Assembly: GCA_051362555.1 (NCBI GenBank)
Contig: CM120646.1
Location: 24,056,001-24,120,000 of the forward strand
Origin: Lingula anatina
Lineage: Eukaryota; Animalia; Brachiopoda
DNA length: 64,000 nucleotides
Direction: 5' to 3'
Shown: positions 51,490-64,000 of the stretch, one piece after another
How positions within the stretch are numbered: position 1 is the stretch's first letter
Layout: the number at the start of each line of letters is the position of its first letter
The notes under the pieces: generated by a model
Database searches by the model: none
What the model saw: only the letters and a program-made list of their open reading frames with translations
Told to the model about the DNA's origin: nothing
Translations under genes and position numbers: made by a program

Positions 51490-51609
<120 letters not shown>

Positions 51610-52318
51610 TATTCGAACAGTTTTAACAGAGGAAAATGTTTATTCAATGAAATGTTTAACGCTTAAACGACGTGCAATAAAACTCATTAAAATTCTATTG
51701 CTTTTATCATAACAATATATAGGTAAAGGGCGAACTCATTTCTTCATTGTACATTGTTTTATGATGGTACAATAGTACATTATTTCTGTAGACAATTTGA
51801 GAGATAACAACCGTTCTTTTTGGTCAAAAAAAGATTTTCCTGGGGGAAATGACGATTTCCCCATACTTACCAATGGTTAATGAATCTTCCGATATTCATA
51901 GTAAGTCCAATTTATTTTCTGAATATTTTTGTAATAACCTCTTAAGAGAATCTGAAGAGATCATTTTGGCGTAAAGCCATCCATTAAAGTCCATGTGGTA
52001 TGATGGCAAGCACAGATTCCAGAATAATTTCGATAACCGCTGTTTTGGTGGTAAAATGAAATTTATTATATTTCTGTGAGTTTTTTACAGTGTATTTTAT
52101 ATGAAATATGAATCTTAAACGAACGGTTGTTATCCCTATAACTTTCCCACCAATAAGACGTGGTTTGTTTTCATGACATTTCGTCTCTCTAAAAAGGATG
52201 AACGTTTTTGAAACATTCATTCGCATATTAAACACAAAAAAAAGGAAAAAAACAACGTTAAGTTAAAGTGACAAAACCTCGCGGAAAATTTGAAAGAAGA
52301 AAACGCCATTGTTAAAAG

Positions 52319-53644
52319 CTATAAACTGGTCGACTGTAGGGGTAGTAAGTCGGCGTCTGTTAACTGCGTGACACTAGTGTACGTATTGCGTAGACCCACT
52401 GATCTTAATGGCAACGTTAGCGTTTGTGTTTGATGAGGGGTCCCGTTATAATCACTAGGATGGGTATTGTTATTCCCATTTTCGACGACGGTGTTGTATT
52501 TTGTGACTAGCCGACGGTTTCCGTTGTGATTCTGCGTGGTCCTTGTCCTACATATGCCAGGTACCCCCCTGCCGATACAAAACACCTGCACAAACGATGT
52601 TCTAAATTGGGGATTAAAACACATGTAAATGATCACATTAACTGCTGCATTGACTGCTAACAGCATGTCTGTGATCTCCCGGACGCCCTTGACTAAGTTA
52701 TTATTACTCTCGTGGTAGCCGAAGCCAAAGAAAGTAGACATGAAAGCGTCAGGTGTGATACAGACAAGGAACACCACGATCACACTCACTAACATGGCCG
52801 TGATCCGTAACTGGGCCTGGGCAAAGCGCATGCCTTGGCGCTGGAAACTGCGCAGGTGCGCTCGTGTTGCGCGCAGGATACACGTGTTCATGAATAGTAA
52901 GATAACAAGCGGAATCACGGAGCGCAGTAAGTTTTGTATCCAGGTGTAGGTCCCCACCAGGTCCGTGTTCCGCCACAGGTCCGTCAACTCCACATCGTCC
53001 ACCACCTCCTGGGTGTCGTTGCGGAATAAGTGAACGGTTTTGTATCTCAAGGCAGAGGGAATAGCCATAAAGCTCATTGCTATAAACATACACGAGCTAA
53101 CTATAATGGCGCGTCGACGAGTGCACAAAGTTTTAGCCAGCACCGGGTGACAAATAAGAAAATATCTCTCTGTTGCCACTGATACAACAAGCCAAGAAGA
53201 CACGCAGACTGACATGTTGAAAATGTAGTGAGAGTACGGATACAGATGACCGTATAACTTCTGGCCATCCTTGGGCGACTTTTCATATAGAAGAATAGTC
53301 ACAAAATAAAGAGCGTCATTTATTAACTTCACCGTGTCTGATACTGCTAACGCTGAGAAGTAGGCGTTTGTCGACGTCCTCATCTCCTTCTGATTTAAAA
53401 CAATCAGTGCAATGAAGTTCCCAACGATGCCAAAAAGACACAATACAGGGAAACAGTAGAGTCCCGTCACCGTCCTGGCAGTGACGTAGAAGTCCTTGTA
53501 TGGGTCAGAGTGTGAGTGGTTTCCTGTGACACTAGCGTTAAGAGGGTCGTCAAGTACGGTCCCCTTGGCTAGATACCTAGAGTCTGTTGAAGTGTCTCCA
53601 GAGATATTAAACATGAGTGGCAGGACTTCCTGGTGGTACTCCAT
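52319..53644 (-). CDS. Rhodopsin-family (class A) neuropeptide GPCR, FMRFamide/sex-peptide/myosuppressin receptor-like; intronless CDS, 441 aa
   Basis: Single ORF with seven hydrophobic segments. N-terminal sequons NIS, NAS and NHS; TM1 GIVGN; STNAYFSALAVSD; TM3 ERYFLICHP; TM6 FLVCITP; TM7 NAAVNVIIY. The ligand cannot be assigned from sequence by eye. Confidence 0.92.
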   Translation of the reverse strand: MEYHQEVLPLMFNISGDTSTDSRYLAKGTVLDDPLNASVTGNHSHSDPYKDFYVTARTVTGLYCFPVLCLFGIVGNFIALIVLNQKEMRTSTNAYFSALAVSDTVKLINDALYFVTILLYEKSPKDGQKLYGHLYPYSHYIFNMSVCVSSWLVVSVATERYFLICHPVLAKTLCTRRRAIIVSSCMFIAMSFMAIPSALRYKTVHLFRNDTQEVVDDVELTDLWRNTDLVGTYTWIQNLLRSVIPLVILLFMNTCILRATRAHLRSFQRQGMRFAQAQLRITAMLVSVIVVFLVCITPDAFMSTFFGFGYHESNNNLVKGVREITDMLLAVNAAVNVIIYMCFNPQFRTSFVQVFCIGRGVPGICRTRTTQNHNGNRRLVTKYNTVVENGNNNTHPSDYNGTPHQTQTLTLPLRSVGLRNTYTSVTQLTDADLLPLQSTSL

Positions 53645-54946
53645 AGCTCACTGATACGGCAAGAGATCTCAGCTCAGATCACAGTTTCAACTCACTGAAA
53701 ATGTTGAGTTCATTTACTGGAAACTTCTCTCTTTTTGACTTGTGCTTTAAGAATTCTTTGGAATGAAGTTATGTTATTATACGAGTTAACTGGTAAATAT
53801 TCCTATTCATCGTGTCACCTCATTGGTAATATTTGTCACTAAGTGGGCTGCTGACGTCATTCTGACCACTGTGAAACAGCGGGTTATTGTAAGTGACTGA
53901 CAACAAGATCTGACAGATCTTCTCTGCTTCAGTTAGCGCTATGGTGATTGGAGGAAAATAACCTGAGCGCTGCGTGTCACGTTGCAGCAACGGTGTTCTG
54001 AAAAAACAAAATCCTCCTCCTAAGATAAACCGTATAACTGTCACGCTCTCTTGTCCTCAAATGCTGTCTGAGAGAGCGGAACTTTGTATATTTCTTTTCT
54101 GTCCTGTACTTATTAAGTTCACAGTGCGGTACACATAAGTCGCTGTTTATTTATTCAGCGCTTCTTTGTTGTCTAATCCGCCTTTTTGCCGACTGAAAAT
54201 AAAAAAGTATATGAAGGTAGGCTACAAACTGGTATTTCGTGGGTGTAACGTAAATAGCAACATATCGTAATGGCATTGGTTTTATCGAATTCTGTGACTA
54301 TGAGAGTGATATTAGTTGAAAGATGAACTTTTGTAACTTAAGGTGCATGTTGTGACATCTGTTCAATGGTAACAATTTGGTTGACACGTGATACGTACCG
54401 CCGTGTGGAAAAAAAACAACTGTTAACCGAATTTTTATTTTTCGACGAATTACTAGATGTGATTTGGGATACCGTTAACTTGAAGATTGGATTAGCATCC
54501 GTCTAGGAGGTATTCAGTGTAAGGGTATGTGGAGGTAATATAGGGAAGGTTTATTAACAGAAAATAAGGAAAACTTAAAACAGATAAATACATGATGTAG
54601 TGTGGACCTCCAGTTAAACCGTCTCCATTCAATCTTTTCTCGGAGCAGATCTACTGACAGTGCCAGGAAAGTATGATTACAGTACGCTCATTCCTTCTTC
54701 TAAATGACACAGAATGCAGATATATCAATCTCGAGTTAGCAAAGAAGCAAAGGATTTTCTAGGGTTGTGAATTTTCACAAGGCAAGGTAAAAGCTTTAAT
54801 GAAAAGATATCAAGTTGCATAAGCTATTCAAACGCGACTGTCTGTTCGTTGTATCGCTGAAGAAATGAGTAACAGATAATCTGTACTATTTGCACGTTTA
54901 TAAAATTTCCCTTCTTTTAAAATGTAATGGAAGAATAACTGAAAAG

Positions 54947-55360
54947 ACGGACGGACCTACAGACAGAGAGAAACACGGACGGACCTACAGACAGAGAGAA
55001 AGACGGACGGACCTACAGACAGAGAGAAACACGGACGGACCTATAGACAGAGAGAAACACGGACGGACCTACAGACAGAGAGAATCACGGACAGACCTAC
55101 AGACTGAGAAAAACACGGACGGACCTATAGACAGAGAGAAACACGGACGGACCTATAGACAGAGAGAAACACGGACGGACCTACAGACAGAGAGAAACAC
55201 GGACGGACCTACAGACAGAGAGAAACACGGACGGACCTACAGACAGAGAGAAACACGGACGGACCTACAGACAGAGAGAAACATGGATGGACCTATAGAC
55301 AGAGAGAAACACGGACGGACCTATAGACAGAGAGAAACACGGACGGACCTATAGACGGAT
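54947..55360. repeat. 28-bp minisatellite (~15 copies)
   Basis: Unit ACGGACGGACCTACAGACAGAGAGAAAC. Confidence 0.93.
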
Positions 55361-55905
55361 ATACAAAAAATATTTTTTCATCACCTCCTCAACTTGGGCA
55401 AGATGACTGAAGATGTAAATGATCTAACCCTTAAGTAAGAGGAAATAATATTAAAAATTCAAATTTGAACTCGTAAGTTGCCATCACGATGGTTTAATGA
55501 ATGGCCTTAACTATTTAAACTATGAGTCAAACGAATAATAACAAATATACTAATAATAAAATTCATGCATGACTTCGTCATTCCCCCTTACTTTGATCTT
55601 CTACACGACCGAATGTATTCTACCATTGGTAAACAGAGTCGGCACTGGAAAGGTTAATATATTGTTTTAAAGTGAATTAATATAATATGTGGGCTGTCAG
55701 GCTACAGACTAGAGGCAATAAGAAATACAATGTGAAGGATAAAAACACTAACCGTGTCACAGACGGTTGTTTGTTATGAGATATTTGGTCTAAGTAATTA
55801 CCTTGAACAACAGGCACAAGATATCAGTAGAGTTGAAATAATTATTTGCAGTGAGTCTTCCAGGGGGAATTCGACAACAGTAACTAGAGCTTTATTCAAG
55901 ACTAA

Positions 55906-56128
55906 AGCCCCCTTTACACCGGACGGCGTCCTTTCTGCGTCCAGCAGTCCGGCCCCATTTGAGAGTTTAAAAATTATAATATTTTACGTGCCGACAACTG
56001 GCCGATCATTGAGCATTCATTCTGATACAAAATTAATGCTCGTGCCTCCCTATTAAGACCACAGCGATGCCAAATTTCATGGTCGCAGAGAGGACGCAGA
56101 AAGGACGCCGTCCAGTGTAAAGGGGGTA
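55906..56128. mobile_element. PIF/Harbinger-type (Tourist-like) MITE
   Basis: 35-bp inverted arms with one mismatch: CCCCCTTTACACCGGACGGCGTCCTTTCTGCGTCC (55908-55942) and 56092-56126; TAA flanks at 55903-55905 and 56129-56131. Confidence 0.8.
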
Positions 56129-56849
56129 TAACGAACGCTTCCTTACAAATTACTTGAACACACCTCATCGTACTAGTAACGAGTAACTGCTGACGCCTAT
56201 TTTTGTATTCTTTGCCGTCCCCAGGGTATATGCCACATGTTAGCGCTTGGTAGATTGTATGACCTTTACAGCAAAGCAATCTAGAGACAGGTAAACACTG
56301 GTGGTTCCTATTGTACCTGTCTTTTTGTTGAGCTCATATAACAATTGCCATTTTTTCTGATGAAAAACTGCAGCATTGTTCCACTGAGGCGCTGTATCGA
56401 ATAAAATGCCAGTGCGGTTATATTCTCATTAAGCAGCTCGTAATGTGAACACAAGAAGACCTTAGCGTGTTGTCGAACCACACGAACCCATTGTCACACT
56501 TTGTGCTCAGTTCGGAAAGTGATCAACCGAAAGATAGGTCAATTCCCGCTCTGAAAAAGAAAACCAACAAATCAAGACCTTGAAAAAGTTGAGAAAATAG
56601 GGAGCAAACTCCGAGAAACAGTGACTGGCACGACATCTATGTTGACTTCCGTGCCCAGTAGTGATTTCTAGTCACCACGTTTGATGCACGATAAAAGATG
56701 CTTCACATTGATTTGCCGTTAAATTGCAATCAAACAGCAATTGTACTTGTGTTTCCTGAGGGTGTGCAAATGCAACAAGAATTGAAAGCGGGCCAATTTT
56801 TAAGATATGTCTGTGTACTGCTTTAATGAAACAGCAACCTTACTTTCCA

Positions 56850-57160
56850 TAACAGAAAATCTATGCCTGTAAATTTTACCCCGTCCGTGCCAAATTTCCC
56901 GTCAGTTGATGTTAGAGATACTTAGTCAGTGAATTGTCTCATTGCAAACTTTTGGGTGTATTTATCACTAACAAACTTAAATGGTCTAAACATGTTGCTT
57001 ATAACCACAAAAGACCTATAACTTAAGCGTGTCACACTGCCCTCACCAGATCTTGTACAAGTGTATTGAATTCGCCCTGTTCTTGAATATGTTTGTCCTG
57101 TGTGGTACCTCGGGGTGAACCAGTGAGCAATGTAATATAACAGAGACTATTCAGTCGAAG
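56850..57160 (+). mobile_element. Degenerate LINE (CR1/L2-like) reverse transcriptase C-terminal fragment
   Basis: Broken frames encode CKLLGVFITNKLKWSKHVAY (~56943-57002) and IRPVLEYVCPVW (~57070-57105), typical of the post-RT region of non-LTR ORF2. Confidence 0.78.
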
Positions 57161-58853
57161 TCGAAGACCCCTGTTTCACGAAAGGACTTGGAAATCCCTA
57201 AAATTTTACAAGACATGGCGTTTGCAAGATCAAAATAACAGTGAACCATTAGCTTGTGTAGGAACGCTGCCATCGGACATCTAGAGTTCAAAAAGTATCA
57301 ACTACCGCTGCAAGTTTGCAACTTATTTTTTCAGTAACATTCAAAGATATTATGATAGAATTTCTTCAAGGAGGTTTGTACTTCCGACATTTTTTTTATT
57401 ATGCTAGAATTAACCGAGTTTTAGGTGAACTTTGATGACTTTATGAGAAGTGTTTTCACCCTGTTCACCCTAAGTACTAATATAATTCAGGGCAGCGGAG
57501 AATATTTGGTAAAACAATTGCCGCCATTGCCAGTGAGCAGCACGCACCTGCGGAGCTCTGTTTTATATGAAGCCTTATTGTTGACCAGAGCGGCAGTTTT
57601 AGCTAATCCCATGGTTTCATGAAACCTTAGTTAACTTTATGACTGGTCACAAACATTGCTTACCTGATACTGTAGTTTCTTTGCTCTGTTACTTAAGCAC
57701 TAAATACTACATGTAGCCGAGGCATAGCGTCTTGCCTATGCCCTTCATTCAACCCACCGTTAATTTCACACACAAGCTGAACCCTTATTAAATAGTCTTG
57801 ATCCGATTATTCTAAATTGAAAAAGCGCAAATTACTAAGGAGACTATAGCGTTATCTGCAAACGTATTCAAATCAATCATTTGTCTTTGTAAATTCTGGC
57901 GAAGACTTAACGTAACCTGTGGGGTTTCACAGCGAAGAAATGAGTTTACTGAGTGCATTGTTGTCCACGTGTATTGTAATAGGTGACACTCAGCATTTAG
58001 GTATTCTTTTTATTTCACATTATTTTTGTTTGCAGACGTAATCAAGAAAGAAATGTTACAAGACACAAACATAACATATAGTATCCTGACATACCTAGGA
58101 GGAGCTTCAGTTGAATTGAAAACAAAGCATGGAAAAAAAGCTTTAGGCGTGCTGACTGTCACACGCCTATTAATTTGGTCTTGCGTGTGGTAATATATTG
58201 GCATTTACCTATTGGTTCACGATGTTACAAACAACAGGGACATACTTAATCTTATATTTGTGCTTAAGTATCAAATTTTGTGTTTTCTAAAGAGGTATTC
58301 ACTCGTCATCATGAACAAAAGAGAAAGCTGGTAGAGGCATGACTCACTGAAATACAATACATGCCTTTCCAATTTGAGCACCTAATCATAGCTATATCAC
58401 GCTATTTCAGTATTATATGACAAGTGCATGCAACCATCTCATCATACGATCTCCCCTGTCCCTGTGGTCGGAACTGATTCCAGACAACAGAAATCCCAAC
58501 TAAAAAATAGGGGACTGCAAGACAGGAGCAATAGCTTACTGTACGGGGGGGAGGGGGGGGGTTGAGAGGGTGTGAGGGATGTGAGGGGAGGGGTAGGAGT
58601 GAGGGCAGGGGGGAGAGTACAGCAGGGGAGGGGGGGGTCGCACCAATTTCCTGGAGCAGGTTTTTTCACTAACATTAATCTGAGGACATATCAGAATTGA
58701 AGGGGCACATGTGTCGACAGCGACAATCTTATGCTGCGGTAATAAGATACAACGCTTCTCGTTCGTGGAATCGTCTGACGACTGCAATATCAAAATAAAG
58801 TTTGGTTGTCCTGTCTTCTGGCAACACATTGTTTATCATTTCACTGTTGGCTG

Positions 58854-58899
<46 letters not shown>

Positions 58900-61800
58900 C
58901 GAAAATGACAATTTGATCCCAAAGCGCTTCTATTACGTCAACTGGCGAACACATCGATTTCACCAAATAAATAGCAATGGATAATGTTTCTAGGTGTGTT
59001 ATATCAATAATGTCGTTCTACTTGTCATTTTCTATACCGTGAACGGTCCATCTGAGGTGCATTACAGCTGATTACACAATAAAAGTTTTACATGTAGCAA
59101 AACAGGTTGTGGAGTATATAATTGCAAGACGCATTTAAATACGCTGTTAGAGTAACACGTTGGGAACGACACAGAACAAGATAAAGTGAGCGAAAGTCAC
59201 TTTCAAAGTTTTTTTAGTATGTGATTGTTTAATAATGGCAAAGGTAACGTGCTGCTGATTTTAAACAGCTTCTACTAAAGCTGCTTTACAAAATGCAGAA
59301 ATGAATCATGACCTGAACAGATACATTTACTGACAAAAAAGCTCCAAAACACAAAATCAACGATGATATTCCCCCCCTCTCCCCCCCCCCCCAAAAAAAA
59401 ACTTTATAAATATGGCAGATGTACTGTTATAGGTGGTTGGCGAACATCAGTATATATATTTTATTGTTATATAGTTTATTATTATTGTTTGGAATATATA
59501 TATATATATTCTCCAAACAATAACAATAAAGTTTATTTAAAGAGGGCTAAAACATGTTAATTAAGCGTAAACACGTTTAAGTTGTCTTAAAATTGGCCCT
59601 CTGAGGGGTTAAAATAAAATGTAGTGTTCATGAACAATAGTTGAATATTAAAAAGAATCAAATTAAATAAATAAATAAACAAATAAAACGATAAAAATAA
59701 TGAAGTAATTCTACCTGTCATGTTTATGGCCGTAAAAGCCAGTACATCTCTAATTTATTTTGGTGAAAATTCGTTTAGTAATTTCAAATCTAGCGTTGCT
59801 TTCTTTAATCCTGTTCGTTCATAAATTGTTTGCTAGTTCAGTCACTGAAATAGTTTAGTTGATGGATGGCTCTTGAATTCCTTTTCTAGGATACCGAAAT
59901 GATTCTGATTTCGAAGTTTGCGTATGCCATTTAGTTTTGGGCAGCTGCTCCATATAATGAAGCAATAAACTAAATAAGGAAGTGTTTGTGTGTGCGCATT
60001 ATAAAAGAGTTTTCATGAGTTTTAGTCATAGTCTATACACAATCACAATCCCCGAAGTTGTGCTGAAAATCCATACAATTTACAAATCAGCACGGTTTTG
60101 ATGTATCATCCAAACATTTGTTGTATTTAAATTGCATTTCCTTAATAGTCAGCGCATCTTTACTATCCCATCAGTTTTTGAATACAGTAACGATAAAAAG
60201 GCTAAACTGCCGGAAATACTATTCGACTTTTTACTGTAACGAGCGGGTTAAATTCAACAATCTACCAGTTAATTTCGAGAGAGACTCAGACATCTGAAAC
60301 CTCGAGCTCAAATACAGGTTAAGATTTTTTATTATTAATCGTTTTTGTTGTATTTTCGCGATTTAGGGAAAATATTGAAATTTCCAAGAACATATTTCGT
60401 AAGCCACCGCAATGTTTACACTAATTGCGTGTCTCTGGGGTCGTGAACTGTTGACAGGAAAACGGTGGTCGATAGCGAGCTAAGGTGAAAAAAATACTGC
60501 AGCTCCCTTATCAGGGTTGAGACACCGCAAAAGAAGGAAGGAAACCGTAGACAACGGAGATTTACTGGCGTTAATTTCCTGATTGCCAGCGGTTTGTGGA
60601 GACCAAGTGTATTTCGGATCTTATCATTTCCTGTCTAAACAATGGCATCGTTAAATGATATAATTATTTTTTATACCTAGTGTGAAAACACTTGCACACC
60701 AGAGCCTCCATTGTGTATTACAGTATTTTGATATCTGAAATAGGCCTTCAACTCTTCAAATACGAATGCAAATTTACCGAGTGTATTTCGTATCTAATCA
60801 TTTCCTGTTCTAAATATCACTAAAAGTATTATTTACATATTTAGGAATGTTTGTGTTCCAGAGAGACCTGTGCCATAAAGCCTCAAAACAGACATGCATG
60901 ACATAGATCAGTTTATATATCTAGGGTGCCTGTAATCCCTTGGGAGTAACGGTAGACAAATAGCGGCAATAAAACACTAATTTAGTCGATATATCTAATC
61001 ACATAGACTTCAGACAGACAGATATTGTTTTAACAAAATAACAGCAAAATACTCCGAAGATTTGACTTTGCCAAAAGGGCTTGTCCTGGTAACAAATAGT
61101 CTTCCTCCGGGCCGTCTTTCTTTGTCATCGCGCGTCCCTGAATTATACCACGCCGGTGGTAAGAAGACCTTTTATGAAAACGCATGACGGAAGTTTCATT
61201 ATGAACTATTTTTTCTTGTCCACATTTAGTATATGGCCTGATACGGACACCTCCCCTGTCCCGTTCCGTCTACAGGATTCACCTTACTGGACCCCCCTGA
61301 TCAAAATAGGCTATGTAGAGACACGCTCAATTAAAAATATAACATTATAATGAACCGCAGTCAAACAAGCAAATTCTATAAAATAGGTGCTTCTCGCTGT
61401 GTTTCCCGCTTGTTGCATGCGCCGCCATGTCTTTGTACCATGGCTCAACATGGAGAGGCAAAAGACGGCTGAACTATGCATTCGCACATACGCATATGGG
61501 CAGTAGTTCTGAAAATGGAGGTGGACCAAATGTGCTACTATGGCTAAGAGTCACACTATGACCGCCTGAAAAGAGTCAGATTAATCTGTTCCCCGGACAC
61601 CTAACCCTGACACTGTAGACGTGTGTGTCGAAGTCATTGTTCTTGCGATAGTATCATCGGGTTCCCCCAGGAATTATATACTGATGAGCCTTTTCTGAAT
61701 ACCTTGACATTCTCTGAAATAAATGTCCCTTTGGTATAGTGTGAAACACGATAATACATGTACGTTTATCCGGACACTTTTCTAAGACCAATGAAATATA

Positions 61801-64000
61801 TAAAAAAAATGTAGCACAACAATTTTTGTGAAAAGATGACGTTGATAGACATGGAACCCTATATCAGAGTTCAACCTCAAGTTCTAGTAAATGGATCACC
61901 TTTTCCAGCCCAGAGTGGTCAGCTCGGGAGTTATTAAATTGGTTTCAGGGAGGAAAGAACAACCACATGTTGGGCAACATAACCACATTCACCTTTTCAA
62001 ATAATATTTTTCCAAGCACTGTATCGGCACTGTACAACCATTTCTGGTTAAGTAGCGAACTATTTTCTACCGTAAGACTAGAGCACGGCGTTTACCCGTT
62101 CAATGGAAAAATGCGGGCAACTATCAGTACTAAAAGTACTACTAGCACGGCATGCAGAAAGATATGAAGACATACATACATACATACATACATACAATCA
62201 GACAGAGAAATGATGTAGAAACCGAACTTAACCATAACACCAGAACCACTTTGCAAAATTATCCATATTAGGATAATAAGTCACAAATAAGTACTAATGT
62301 CATAAACTCCGAGAAGACTCAGTCCATTTCTCGTTCAATCTTACTTGGGAAGACCCTGGACCGATCACGATGGCTGTTTTATTTATCTGCACTTAATCAA
62401 CTGGGTAATTCACCTGAAAACAGTACTTGCAAAATGGTACAGCAATTTTATATCTTCATTAAGAAGGATCGTAGTTTACCAATCACCTGCTGGGTCGGTT
62501 CAAATGCCCCGTTGGGTGCATAAACTAGATTGAAACGATACCATCGTCAGAAAAGAAGTATGCGTCTTAATAAAGTGCTCAGTATATCTCTTTTATAGCT
62601 CCTCTGAGACGAGGCAGCCGCACTGTTAATATAGTGCCATGAAGCTGGCGAATTTTTTTTTTTTCTTTTTTTTTTGTGCGAAACCATAACTGAAAATATT
62701 AAGGAAGAGTCACTATAAGTATATAAACATTTATCTACAGATAAACCCCCAATTTTTGTTTCTTTCTATTATCCCTATAATAAACCTTTATATTTTCAAC
62801 TACCATTTTATCAATTTGATTATCGCAATATTTCTCCTAAAACAGACATTCCGTTGTCAATTGGCGAAGGTTCCTGTGTTTAAAGACAATGTCCAAACGA
62901 TCTTAGTATATACTTGTATGAACTTGAAGACATTGGCAGTCTTATCCATTGGAAGACAAATATTTAACTGAAATATCTGACTGATTTACCGAGTTTCTAC
63001 AATGTTAATTAAAATACATCAGGTTACAATGTCCAGTTCCCCTGCATTCTGTCATTGTATTTGTATATAAAACAGTTGAAAAATATCGACCGCAATATCT
63101 GGCAAATCACCTAAGCTTCACCATATTGTGCAAGCATGTTCACAGCACGATGTCCTGAAGTCAGAAGAACAGCGAAGTAACAAAAATATAATTGAATACC
63201 TGAGAGGAAATCGTGACCTTTTATGATTTAAGTGATTTTAAAAATATGAGATCCGTCTTTTTGCCTTTTTGTTCTAAGCCACACCGAGCTCGCCTCTTCG
63301 GGCTTTAGGCTCCAGAGCACTATAGCAATGTTAACGTAAACATTGAAGCCATATTAAATTATGTCCTTAAGGGAGATCGGTGTGTTAGGAATTTTCCCTA
63401 TCCGGTTACACAAAGTGAAAATAAACACTCATGTTATGGCATATAGCTGTCAGATCAAAAATACGTTGGGGTGAATTTGACAAGTCATGTTGACGTAACA
63501 TCAGTTTTTTTTTTTTTTTTTTTTTTTTGTGTGTAAAAACTGTAACATATCCCTTTTCAAACATATCTGCTTACCTGAGACAGCCTGATGTACATCTTCA
63601 GCTTTACTGCGTTTCTGCACTTTTTACAGTTCAACAACAGATTGGTCGTCAACTAAGTAGCTGCTCGATAAGTATAAAACTGTACATATAATTATATTGC
63701 TAAGTAAAAGTGCGTGATCCAGTATGAACTGTGGCGATCACGGACCACTTGGAGATTGCCGTTATTTGATAACTACATCAAACATATTAGTGTGTATGCA
63801 AAGAGAAAGAAAAGCTCATCTCAACTGAACATGGTGGAATACATTGATTTTACTAGTAAATGTTATTTTTTAATTTGCCATCTCGTTTAGAATAATATTT
63901 TTGAAATCGAAAGTTACAGTGTCCAAAAAGAACCGTCTATTATAAATCTCGGAAAATAACAGATCAAGATCTGTATGTATACTTCAGTGGTTTGTGTCTG

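Noticed and set aside
54890-55354. 154-aa repetitive ORF
   Set aside because: Translation of the 28-bp minisatellite with a non-ATG start.

Overview
AT-rich, intron-rich animal genomic DNA, probably a lophotrochozoan invertebrate such as a mollusc (inferred from gene content and repeat style, not proven). Four protein-coding genes were reconstructed by hand from splice sites and reading frame. They are the 3' exons of a fibrinogen-related (FReD) protein (+, 329-2145), a complete phospholipase C delta-type gene (+, 9959-22364, 19 coding exons, 746 aa, one U12-type intron), a complete ABCH/ABCG23-like half transporter (-, 26400-41170, 19 coding exons, 737 aa) and a rhodopsin-family peptide GPCR with an intronless CDS (-, 52319-53644). 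The window also holds a tRNA-Arg(CCT), a satellite-carrying Helentron/HINE-like element, a deleted pogo/Tc1-mariner element with a PHD remnant, several MITEs and a LINE RT fragment. The most unusual feature is that nine tandem duplications, unrelated in sequence (units 33-~125 bp, 2-25 copies), each straddle a functional exon-intron boundary. They create arrays of duplicate splice donors or acceptors in three genes, including 7 of the 18 coding introns of the ABC gene.
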